Shown: piece by piece, positions 38,628-50,190 of the stretch
Numbering within the stretch: position 1 is the stretch's first letter
Layout of the letters: each line of letters opens with the position of its first letter
NCBI GenBank assembly: GCA_949358305.1
Contig: OX442314.1
Coordinates: 4,092,001 to 4,156,000, forward strand
Source of the DNA: Strigamia acuminata
Taxonomy: Eukaryota
Length of the DNA: 64,000 bases
Direction: 5' to 3'
Notes under the pieces: model-generated
Told to the model about the DNA's origin: nothing
What the model saw: only the letters and a program-made list of their open reading frames with translations
Database searches by the model: none
Position numbers and translations under genes: made by a program

Positions 38628-39228
38628 CAAGGGGAGAGCACCAATAAGCAATCACAGATTGTTGTAATATTAAACAAGAAGGATTGTTATATTTGTTAAA
38701 AAATTAAAATTAATCAAATTAAAATTTTCTGAAAACAAATATAAAATTACAAACATTAAAATAACTGCCAAAATTTAACAAAAAATAAATGTAAAAATTT
38801 TCACACACAGCAGGATTTGAACCTGTGTGGAAAGATACCTAGTCCATTGCCTTAACCACTGGACCAGCACTACAAACTATTATTGTCTTCATGAAGACAG
38901 TCATGCTGTTGAACAAAGTTCTGATGTCATATGTCATGTGATATCAAAAGAGGAAATGACATCATTGAATCTCAAATGATAAAATTGAACTTGGATCTTG
39001 GAACTATTTTTTACCTAGCAACTGTTGTTTACAGTATTCATACACTAGGCCTGATTGCTCAGATTTGATGTATACACAGACAAAATAGTGCCAACTTTCA
39101 GCTCATTGTTTGCATTGTTGGCTGTTTATGGAATGAAATTATTTTAGGGTCTCATTCAGCATGATATAACAATCCTTCTTGTTTAATATTACAACAATCT
39201 GTGATAGCTTATTGGTGCTCTCCCCTTG
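38628..39228. mobile_element. Mariner-type MITE, single-arm relative of 36354-37383
   Basis: About 60-bp TIRs CAAGGGGAGAGCACCAATAAG; interior matches the right arm of the palindrome, including the tRNA-like part. Confidence 0.75.
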
Positions 39229-39469
39229 TAAGTAGCTGAAAGTGTTCATTTCAGCTAAATAAACAAGGTGGCCCACATTCTCCTGACATGTGGCCACCAT
39301 GGTTTTTTTAAAAAACAGGAAATGTGTGACAAAAAATCAAAATGTTTAATATGGGTATTGTAGCTCTACCTAAGACCAACCTAAACACATATTTAACAGT
39401 TTTGTAGTTATTAAATTGAAGGCACTATTAACAATTTACTAAAAAAAATCGACCACATTCACCCGACCT

Positions 39470-41240
39470 TGTGACGGGAAAACCTAGCTAACGACAATTA
39501 ACAACAATACCGCGACTTAGGATATAAAGAGATAAATAAGGAGAATGTTGTTCAACTGAACATGCCATTTCTCCCTTCTACACAGATCTATGGGGCGAAC
39601 GGCCATCCATAGACTAAGGCTCTACAGTAACAACCTTGAAAGGAATGTGTCTGAGTCACAACAAGAGGGGAGGACCAGGAAGGTCTCTGCTCTTGCTGGC
39701 CTTGCTAAAAACCATAACAATTAAACAAGTAACAATAAGGAATCTGACTTCGTAACAACATACCGTATATTTGCAAATAGCGCACCCGTGCGCTATTTGC
39801 AAAAAAATATTTTGACCCGCGCGGTATTACAGGCCCGCGGGCTATTAGAGGCCCGCGGACTATTTACACCAAGCATCGGCCGACTGGCCGATGCTGGGTT
39901 TTTTTAACATATCGGCAACGAAAATCACCTAAAAAGGTGACAATTGAGACGTTTTCCATACGTTTCGGTAATTTTCTGTCGAAACGTATGCAAAACGTGT
40001 CATTTGTGATCCTTTTTTGGCACATTTTGGGCCTCCAATTCTGTATCCGCGCGGAATTCGAGGCCCGCGCGTTATTGGCAAAAATAAAATTTGCCCCGCG
40101 CGCAATTCGAGGCCCGCGGGCTAATAGAGGCCCGCGTAGTAATCGATAATATACGGTAAGTAAATAACAACAATAAGTAATTAATAGATTGATTAGATGT
40201 AAATATGTAGGAATGGAGCAGCGTGTCAATAATACACAGTCGATTATCAAATCATAACACTCAGCATTTATTCATGGCAAAAGGGCCTAATGATAACTAA
40301 TCAACAATAACAATGAGTCAATTACGTATTCAAAGCGCACGACAGGATTCGAGACCATTATAACTAGGCCTACTCTTACTAGGTCAATTATATAATTCTA
40401 TCGTAATGAGTTACGCTGACAGGATGTTTTTTTTTTCTCGCTACATCTCCAGGGTGGAAAACGTCTCGATGGAGGCAACAAAACCTATCTTCACCTTCGT
40501 TGTCACTCTGTCTCTCCGTGGACCTTAACCAGGCGCGAGAGACTATACGATTAAAGGCAGTAATCTAATACCATCTACCTTTTGTTTCGTTGCACGCAGG
40601 ACAACCAGCTAATGCTTGACTGTGCGCCAATTGACGCACAACATAACAACAAACAAACAGTGTATAGTGTCAAATATTCAGGGGTACGCAAACAGCACAG
40701 AAAAAGAGGGTGTGCACCTTTAAATGCCCTCAGGGCAGGCGACTAAACAGCACCAGGGGGTTCCAGCTGTTATGCAACCAGTCATAACAGCTGTACCAAA
40801 CGGGGTAACCGTTTCTAACTCGCCCTTTAAATGGGGGAGTGGTCAAAATATACTTTCCTTTAGGGAGGGGTGTCTGGACAACACAGGCAGGGAAAACACC
40901 TCTCTTCCTAACGAATGACATCACAGGGGAGAGGAACAGCGAAGGAATCTCCCCACCCTCTCTCTCTCTCTCAAGATGGCGACTGTCCTTGACTGGGGGA
41001 AAACATCATTACCTATTACTAGTAAGCAGACATTACTATGGCAATAAGACAAGGCCTATTTATATGCCATTTATAATGGGCTAAAAGAGCAGTCAGCTGA
41101 TTGCTTATTAAATCTTATTGTTGATTATGGTCGAGGTTTATTAGCTGATAAACTTTATTCAGAGTTATAAAAATATGGATATAGTTACATCCAACTGTCA
41201 TGATGGCATAGAAGTCTTTACAAGAGTCGTTCTCGTTACA
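39470..41240. mobile_element. Solo-LTR-like insertion containing a MITE at 39761-40158
   Basis: TGTGAC...GTTACA termini, TSD ACCT/ACTT (one mismatch); interrupts a TIR. Confidence 0.65.
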
Positions 41241-41936
41241 ACTTTACGGTAATTAAAAGAAGATTTGAATTAAAACTGAGTCATTCCTGATTTCCAACAA
41301 ACACAAAATATTACGTGGTTCAACAGAGTCACGTAACAATATAAGTTAGAAAGTTAGAGACTCTAGCTTACCTGTTGAAGTCTAATTATTCTAATTCCTT
41401 ATTCAGATCAGCTTCATGATGAGATTTACTATAAAAAAAATAGATCAGCGTTTCCCAAACTGTGAGGGGCGTCTCACTGGTGGGGCGCGGAAGAGAACAC
41501 AGCCCAATTAATCTCGTAGAGCTGTGTTCTCTTCCGCGTGCGCCTAATCTAGTACAGGGGTTCCCAAACTTTTTAGCATCGCGCCCCACTTCATCTAGCG
41601 GTGCATTAAATTTTTCAAAATGAACTACTAAAAAAAAAAAAATAAATTTTTATATAAATTTGCATAAAATTTTATATAATTTTACATATAATTTTATACA
41701 ATTTTGATTAAAATTTTACATAAGTTTGCAAAAAAAGCTTGTCCTGTTAAGGCGTGTGCAGTGTTGTGCGCGGTCCCGGTCCCGGACCGGCGATCCAGGA
41801 CCGCCGGTCCGCGGTCCTGGACCGGAACCGGGACCGCGTTCCTTTTAAAAAACCGGTACAGTACCGCAGACCAGGACCGCGTTCCTTTTAAAATTCCGTG
41901 GACCGCGGACCGCTTTTGCGGTACATCTCGCGGTCC

Positions 41937-43093
41937 ACAGAGTCACGTAACAATATAAGTTAGAAAGTTAGGGACTCTAGCTTACCTGTTGAAGTCTAAT
42001 TATTCTAATTCCTTATTCAGATCAGCTTCATGATGAGATCTACTATAAAAAAATAGATCAGCGTTTCCCAAACTGTGAGGCGCGTCTCACTGGTGGGGCG
42101 CGAGCTGATTTTTGGTGGGGCGCACCCATCACACACGCCCAGTGTTGTGCGCGGTCCGCGGTCCTGGTACCGCGGTCGCGGTCCTGTTCCGGCAGCTAAA
42201 AAGAACCGCGGTCCCGGTCCGCGGTCCCGGTCCGGGACCGGGACCGCGCTTTTGCGGTACATCTCGCGGTCCACGAGAAAACACGAGATCTCGTGTTTTC
42301 TCGTGGATCGCGAGATTATACCGCAAAATACGAGAATCTTGTAGTTTTATCGCGTTTTCAACTTAAAATTTGATATTTAATAAATTCATTTTTTATTTTT
42401 TCATGAATCCAAAGCTGAAGAATTATTATTGGATTCATGAAAAAATAAACAATGAATTTATGAGTACCAGTCCGAACGGCGAATCGCCATTAGAAAGGTA
42501 CAATTACATTTCCAAGGGCGAATCTCAAAAATTCGCCCTTAGGCGATTCGCCGTTCGGACTGGTACTCATAAATTCATTGTTTATTTTTTCATGAATCCA
42601 ATAATAATTCTTCAGCTTTGGATTCATGAAAAAATAAAAAATGAATTTATTAAATATCAAATTTTAAGTTGAAAACGCGATAAAACTACAAAATTCTCGT
42701 ATTTTGCGATATAATCTCGCGATCCACGAGAAAACACGAGATCTCGTGTTTTCTCGTGGACCGCGAGATGTACCGCAAAAGCGCGGTCCCGGTCCCGGAC
42801 CGGGACCGCGGACCGGGACCGCGGTTCTTTTTAGCTGCCGGAACAGGACCGCGACCGCGGTACCAGGACCGCGGACCGCGCACAACACTGGGCGTGTGTG
42901 ATGGGTGCGCCCCACCAAAAATCAGCTCGCGCCCCACCAGTGAGACGCGCCTCACAGTTTGGGAAACGCTGATCTATTTTTTTATAGTAGATCTCATCAT
43001 GAAGCTGATCTGAATAAGGAATTAGAATAATTAGACTTCAACAGGTAAGCTAGAGTCCCTAACTTTCTAACTTATATTGTTACGTGACTCTGT
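41937..43093. repeat. Long near-perfect inverted repeat (about 550-bp arms, about 50-bp spacer)
   Basis: Mirror-image ORF translations in the track (e.g. 42017-42274 - / 42756-43013 +); contains a CAGTGTTG-terminated MITE-like core at 42140-42890. Confidence 0.92.
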
Positions 43094-43428
43094 TGAACCA
43101 CGTAATATTTTTTGTTTGTTGGAAATCAGGAATGACTCAGTTTTAATTCAAATCTTCTTTAATTAATATTTTATTAATATTGCCGCACGCGGAAGAGAAC
43201 ACAGCCCAATTAATCTCGTAGAACTGTGTTCTCTTCCGCGTGCGCCTAATCCGCGTTTCCCTTTGTAGCTCGATCCCCCATCCGCTTTCCCCAATACGCG
43301 AATCCCGTTTCCGCGTGGTTCCTATTAAACGCCCCCCTTTCCGCGTGGTTTCTAATGCGCATAAGTAATTAACGGCTTGATATGTGAAATTGTTGTAATT
43401 GTTGTTGTTATTGTTCGATTTTCAAACT

Positions 43429-43686
43429 TCAAAGTTGATTAAATAGCCTGCTGAGGTGGCTCCTCCTTGCGATCACAAACCGGCAAACGTGGCATTTGAG
43501 CTGCACTTCAATTTCCACAGCCTTTTTGGCACAGGTTGCGCATATCATATGGCCACACTTATAAGCAATATTGCATTGATTAGTGCTGCATAAAACACAA
43601 GTGTAGTGATTTTGTTCCACCACAAAGTCTTCGGCAGCCAAGCTAAAAAATTCTACAAAGTCAATTTTCAAATTTGGCCAATGCAT
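43429..43686 (-). CDS. Orphan C3HC4 RING-finger ORF (85 aa) within a repeat-bounded segment
   Basis: CVLC...KCGHMICATC...CHVC; the segment 43245-44341 is bounded by CCTAATCCGCGT / ACGCGGATTAGG with CGCGGATTA subrepeats. Confidence 0.55.
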   Translation of the reverse strand: MHWPNLKIDFVEFFSLAAEDFVVEQNHYTCVLCSTNQCNIAYKCGHMICATCAKKAVEIEVQLKCHVCRFVIARRSHLSRLFNQL

Positions 43687-44922
43687 TTATTTCAAACAAA
43701 TGTTCTTGCACAGCTAAAAGCAATGAGCAAAACATTTTCAGAGGAAACAAATGAAATAAATTTCTAGTTTTCCATCAATTTCTGTTGCCAGCAAAACTAT
43801 TGTCCCTATTCAATTCAATTCCAGAGTTGTTTTTTACCACTTGTAAGTGCTATATTGTTGAACCAAATGATTAGATTGATGACTCACTTGTCAGTCATCC
43901 TTAACATAACAGTTTCCTTAATTACATCCTAGAGACACATTTAACACTAAAGCAACAACAAAATTCCATCAAATAACAAAGAAATTGATCAATTTTATAG
44001 TTGTGATTGTGACCAATTCAATTGATAAACTGGTCAACTGAAATGGGGCCCCGATGAATCTAAGTGCGAAAGTTCACAATTTATGGCCAGAATAGTAACG
44101 TTTACGCAATGTAACGTTCACACAACGTTACACAACACAACGATTAAGTATCGCGCGGATTAAGTGTCGCGCGAATTAACTATCGAGCGGATTAACTATC
44201 GGGCGGATTAAAAACCACGCAGAATGTATGCAATGATAACTTTATTTAACAATTAATTACATTTTATTATTTTTTAAAATTTGAAGCGGACAACGCGGAT
44301 GAGGGATAAATCTGCCACGGATTATGAACACGCGGATTAGGCCAACGCCGATGAGCTCCTGGCCGGATTAATTGTATCCCTGGAGGAACAGAAAGAGAAG
44401 TAATTACGGAAATGAAGTCCTTGTAGAAGCAATTGCTGGAACTAGTCAGCAAAGAGATCCAATCTTATTTTTCAGTTGTTTAACAACTCTGGACCCTAGG
44501 GAGTGGGCAACCAAAGCCCGAATTAGAAAATATTTCAAAACAAAAAATAGGATTTATTGTCACAAGCTCAAGGAAAAAAATAACTGTAAGTAACCTTATT
44601 TGCTCCACTTCTGGTAGAATGTGTACGACCCACTTCCACTTTGAAATTTACTAGACTTTATTTTCACATATCTCTTCCTGGTTTGATCTGGTTTTCCTAC
44701 TACTCAGGTTGAAATGGAAAACCGAAGCGTGGTTCTGCCCACGCCTCACCAACAGCTGATGCGAGACGTAACGGTGGTGAACCAGTATGTACACGACAGA
44801 ACGGACGAAGAGATTTACGCATACTTAGAGGCTCATTACAACGATTTTAATCGCGTGGAGAAAGTTGTGCACGAGTTGCGGGGACGAAGCGATGTTTTTG
44901 TGGCACAGGTCGAAACATTTCC

Positions 44923-46578
44923 GCCGGTTTACAACAATCCGCCGGTAACAGGCCAACTCGCATTAGCCTACAACAATGCGCGCCAAATCGGCGCGCCGGC
45001 TTACAACAATCCGCCTGTAACAGGCCAACTCGCACCGGCCTTCAACAATGCGCGCCAAATCGGCGCGCCGGTTTGCAACAATCCGCCGGTAACAGGCCAA
45101 CTCGCACCGGCCTTCAACAATGCGCGCCAAATCGGCGCGCCGGTTTGCAACAATCCGCCTGTAACAGGCCAACTCGCACCAGCCTTCAACAATGCGCAAC
45201 AAATCGGCGCCCCGGTTTACAACAATCCGTCTGGAACAGGCCAACTCGCACCGGCCTTCAACAATGCGCGCCAAATCGGCGCGCCGGTTTGCAACAATCC
45301 GCCGGTAACAGGCCAACTCGCACCAGCCTTCAACAATGCGCGCCAAATCGGCGCGCCGGTTTGCAACAATCCGCCTGTAACAGGCCAACTCGCACCAGCC
45401 TTCAACAATGCGCACCAAATCGGCGCCCCGGTTTACAACAATCCGTCTGGAACAGGCCAACTCGCACCGGCCTTCAACAATGCGCGCCAAATCGGCGCGC
45501 CGGTTTGCAACAATCCGCCGGTAACAGGCCAACTCGCACCGGCCTTCAACAATGCGCGCCAAATCGGCGCGCCGGTTTGCAACAATCCGCCTGTAACAGG
45601 CCAACTCGCACCAGCTTTCAACAATGCGCACCAAATCGGCGCCCCGGTTTACAACAATCCGTCTGGAACAGGCCAACTCGCACCGGCCTTCAACAATGCG
45701 CGCCAAATCGGCGCCCCGGTTTACAACAATCCGTCTGGAACAGGCCAACTCGCACCGGCCTTCAACAATGCGCGCCAAATCGGCGCGCCGGTTTGCAACA
45801 ATCCGCCTGTAACAGGCCAACTCGCACCAGCTTTCAACAATGCGCACCAAATCGGCGCCCCGGTTTACAACAATCCGTCGGGAACAGGCCAACTCGCACC
45901 GGCCTTCAACAATGCGCGCCAAATCGGCGCGCCGGTTTACAACAATCCGTCGGGAACAGGCCAACTCGCACCGGCCTTCAACAATGCGCGCCAAATCGGC
46001 GCGCCGGTTTGCAACAATCCGCCGGTAACAGGCCAACTCGCACCGGCCTTCAACAATGCGCGCCAAATCGGCGCGCCGGTTTGCAACAATCCGCCTGTAA
46101 CAGGCCAACTCGCACCAGCCTTCAACAATGCGCACCAAATCGGCGCCCCGGTTTACAACAATCCGTCTGGAACAGGCCAACTCGCACCGGCCTTCAACAA
46201 TGCGCGCCAAATCGGCGCGCCGGTTTGCAACAATCCGCCTGTAACAGGCCAACTCGCACCAGCTTTCAACAATGCGCACCAAATCGGCGCCCCGGTTTAC
46301 AACAATCCGTCGGGAACAGGCCAACTCGCACCGGCCTTCAACAATGCGCGCCAAATCGGCGCGCCGGTTTACAACAATCCGTCGGGAACAGGCCAACTCG
46401 CACCGGCCTTCAACAATGCGCGCCAAATCGGCGCGCCGGTTTGCAACAATCCGCCGGTAACAGGCCAACTCGCACCGGCCTTCAACAATGCGCGCCAAAT
46501 CGGCGCGCCGGTTTGCAACAATCCGCCTGTAACAGGCCAACTCGCACCAGCCTTCAACAATGCGCACCAAATCGGAGC
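44923..46578 (+). repeat. Coding minisatellite, 23 x 72 bp (24-aa unit NNPPVTGQLAPAFNNARQIGAPVC/Y)
   Basis: AACAATCCG recurs every 72 bp from 44933 to 46517. Confidence 0.95.
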
Positions 46579-49500
46579 GTTTTCGCAGGTTTATGTTGAG
46601 ACCGGTGCTTGTTCCGGTTCCGGTTGGGTGTTTTCGGACGAAAAATTCAAAGCATATTACGACGACCGGTTGAAAACGTTGCTGGAGATATTACCGGACG
46701 GTGATCCAGATTTTTTCTCGAATTTTATCCAAACGAATCGCGGAAACGAAACGATTATTAACGAGTCGGTTAGTTCGTGGTTGCAGAACCGAAATTATAA
46801 AAAAGTGCAGGAAACGAAGACACAAGACAACGGAAAAGTGAGGAATAAGTTTGTTGACGGTGGCATCTCAGTGGAAGAGTTTTTGGAGATTTTTCCGGAT
46901 CCGGAAACACATTTTAATAAGCCTAAAATTGTAATGAATAAAAATTTTCTGGCACATTTGGTGGGTTACATCTACAACACGTATTCGTTGAGCAATTCGG
47001 ACATTGCGCTGATGTTGAAAAAACATGGGTACAATTTGATTCCGATCGTTCGGGAAATAAAATGTTTTGGTAAAAAGAAATTAGTGAAATTTTTTTTTAA
47101 ATTTTTAAATTTTTAATTTTAATAGAACCGACGATGAAGAGAGTTAAGCGAGATGTGCGCTTAATGCCTAAAGAGATCGACCAAGTGTTTTATGAGGAGC
47201 TTACCTATTTGAAACTGGCCGATGAAATCGCAGGTTTAATTTTTGTTTACTGATTTAATGTGTTGGATTTTTGGATTTTTGAGTTGTTGATTTTAATTTG
47301 TAGAGTATCAGCGGAGGAAGAAGGAAGAAAGGAGGAAGAGAGTGGACGAGGCGAAAGCGAATGGATGTTTGATGACTTGCGAGTGTTGTTTTGAGGATGA
47401 GTTGTTGATCGATGACATGTTTCCGTGTCCCAAAGATCATTTGTTTTGTAAAGGCTGCATTTGCCGGCAAGCTGAAGTCAATATAGGTAAAATGGTAGAA
47501 ACAAATCAAGTCAAACTTTATTTAAATTTATCACAAATTCCTCAAATTTTGTCAAATTTTGTTTAAATTTATCACAAATTTCTCACATTTTGTCAAAATT
47601 TGTCAAGAATTTGTCAAAGTTTATGAAAATTCTTAAATTTTTTTCAAATTGATCTAATTTTGTGAAAATTGATCAAATTTTGTGAAAATTCATCAAACTT
47701 TGTGAAAATTCATCAAATTTTGTGAAAATTCATCAAATTTTGTGAAAATTCATCAAATTTTGTGAAAATTCATCAAATTTTGTGAAAATTCATCAAATTT
47801 TGTGAAAATTCATCAAATTTTGTAAAAATTCATCAAATTTTGTGAAAATTCATCAAATTTTGTGAAAATTCATCAAATTTTGTGAAAATTCATCAAATTT
47901 TGTGAAAATTCATCAAATTTTGTGAAAATTCATCAAATTTTGTGAAAATTCATCAAATTTTGTGAAAATTCATCAAATTTTGTGAAAATTCATCAAATTT
48001 TGTGAAAATTCATCAAATTTTGTGAAAATTCATCAAATTTTGTGAAAATTCATCAAATTTTGTGAAAATTTATCAAATTTTGTGAAAATTCATCAAATTT
48101 TGTGAATATTCATCAAAAATTCATCAAAAGTTTCTCAAATTTTGTAAAAATGTTTAAAAAAAATTGCATTTCGTTTAAATTTTTAATCAAAAATTATTCC
48201 AACACATTCATTAATTAACCTATTGAGGGTTATTCGCATTTTGAAGAAAATGGAAATCCAAAGTACAGAAAATATATAATTGCTTACATACTGTCGGAAT
48301 TTATAAAAATTGCTCAAATTTTGTACGAATTCATAAAAATTTGCTCAAATTTTGTCGGAATTTATAAAAATTGCACAAATTTTTTCCGGATTTATAAAAA
48401 TGTGCTAAAATTTTGTCGGAATTTATAAAAATTAGCTCAAATTTTGTCGGAATTTATAAAAATTTGCTCAAATTTTGTCCGAATTCATAAAAATGTGCTC
48501 AAATTTTGCCAGAATTTATCAAAAATTGCTCAATTTTTCGTAATTTATCCAAAATTGCTCCAATTAAGTCTGAATTTATCCAAAATTGATCAAATTCAGT
48601 GAAATTCATCCAAAATTGCTCAAATTCAGTTGGAATTTATCCAAAATCGCTCAAATTCAGTCTGATTTTATCGAAAATTGCTCAAATTGGTTAAAATTTT
48701 TCAATTATTGCTTCAATTGGTTAAAATTTATCAATTATTGCGCGAATTTAATCAAAATTCATCAATATTTGCGCCAATTTATTCTAAATTCATCAAAAAT
48801 TGCCTGAATTTATCAACACAATTTATTTGTTTTAGTTCGAAAAAGTGTCCGATTACTTCGAATGTTAAGGAATTGCAAGACAAAGAATTAAAAATGATTG
48901 CCGAAGCCGCTCGTCGCGAATTCATTCAAGCTCATCCAGAATTTGCAAACATCGTCCTAAAACACGACCCAACAAAGCACATTTCAACCCAGCAGCCCAA
49001 CCTAAGGCCGCAAAACCGTAAACCGATAAAAATACACTAAAATACATTTGATTTTAACCGAAGTTTCCTGATACAGTCAGACCAATAAAGATGCGGCCCG
49101 CAGCTCCAGAACAACATCAACGTTCTTATCAGCCTCATCCTGGCGTACGTATTGAAAAGTACAGTGTTGTAGTCATAAAAATCGTTCCAGTCCAGCCCAC
49201 AGATTAGAAGAATGTATTCTTCTAATCTGTGATCCAGGCTGAAGCTCACCTGCAGAATGAGTGTTTTCGCCTGTATCCACCAGGGTGTGACAAGTTGACG
49301 TTTAAACCCAGATGTCAATTTGGCACAACAGATCAGTGAGTTTTTGCACTAGCTGCTGGATACTGCCGAAAACGCTCATTCTGGAGGTGAGTTTCAAGCT
49401 GGACTGGGGCGAATTAGGGTTGTGCGGTTATTTTTTCTGGCAAGTGCAGTACGGTTTCCGTAAAAAACCGCAATGCACGCAGTATGTCACAAAACCGCAT

Positions 49501-50049
49501 AACCGCAAAAAACTGCAAAGCAACAAAAAGAAAATCAGAATATAAACCCTAAAAACTTCAAAATCCAAGAAGATAAACCCTAAAAACTTCAAAATCCCTA
49601 AAAATTAACCCTAAAAACTACAAAATCAAGAAAATAAACCCTAAAACCTCCAAAATCCAAGAAAATAAACCCTAAAAACTTAAAAATCCAGAAAAATTAA
49701 CCCAAAAAACTACAAAATTAAGAAAATAAACCCTAAAACTCCAATATTTCAGAAGAAAAAAATAAAAATTATTTTTTTTTAAATGAAATGAAATGAAACT
49801 TGTAGATTTGTGGGTTTTTGCAGTTTTTTAAAGTTTGCAGTTAATTGTGTTGCGGTTTTTGTTTTTTTTTTAGAAAAATTGCAGTTTAGTTTTTGGAAAT
49901 TTTCGTTTATTTCTAATTATATGTATCATACTGCCTCGTTTAAACGCCCGGGTTCTTTAAGACGCCGGGCCCGATTCGCGCCGCAAAACGAAGAAACAAC
50001 CTAAAGTTTAGAATTTTCGAAGAGATCATATTCGAAGAAGCGATGGCAC

Positions 50050-50190
50050 CCGTTACCGTTACGTTACCGTTACCGTTACCATTATGTTACCGTTACCGTT
50101 ACCGTTACGTTACCGTTACCGTTACGTTACCGTTACGTTACCGTTACGTTACCGTTACGTTACCGTTACATTACCGTTATGTTACCGTTA
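50050..50190. repeat. (CGTTAC/CGTTA)n simple repeat inside a MITE-like intronic insertion of copy C
   Basis: Direct reading; CACAACACTGG terminus at about 50490-50500. Confidence 0.7.

Larger units (their letters stand above)
38226..41251. mobile_element. MITE with TIR TACCGTAAAGTCGGGTGAATGTGG; right TIR split by the 39470-41240 insertion
   Basis: CCACATTCACCCGAC (39452) plus ACTTTACGGTA (41241) reconstitute the inverted repeat. Confidence 0.75.
37769..41338. mobile_element. Solo-LTR-like element hosting nested insertions
   Basis: TGTCAC...GTAACA termini with 4-bp TSD ATAT. Confidence 0.65.

Noticed and set aside
36711..38873. Functional tRNA genes
   Set aside because: Acceptor and anticodon stems are disrupted and the serine variable arm is deleted.
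44923..46578. CRISPR-like array, or RHIM-like xQIG motifs in the repeat
   Set aside because: No unique spacers or cas genes and it is a eukaryotic exon. The RHIM core needs I/V before Q, whereas here it is R/H/Q and is followed by prolines.
44963..46599. 535-aa antisense and 508-aa alternative-frame ORFs
   Set aside because: Shadows of the 72-bp repeat; only the 44714 frame connects to homologous flanks.
49545..50190. Telomere-like AAACCCTA or CCGTTA repeats
   Set aside because: AAACCCTA is embedded in a ~30-bp unit and CGTTAC is MITE-internal; neither is a pure telomeric array.
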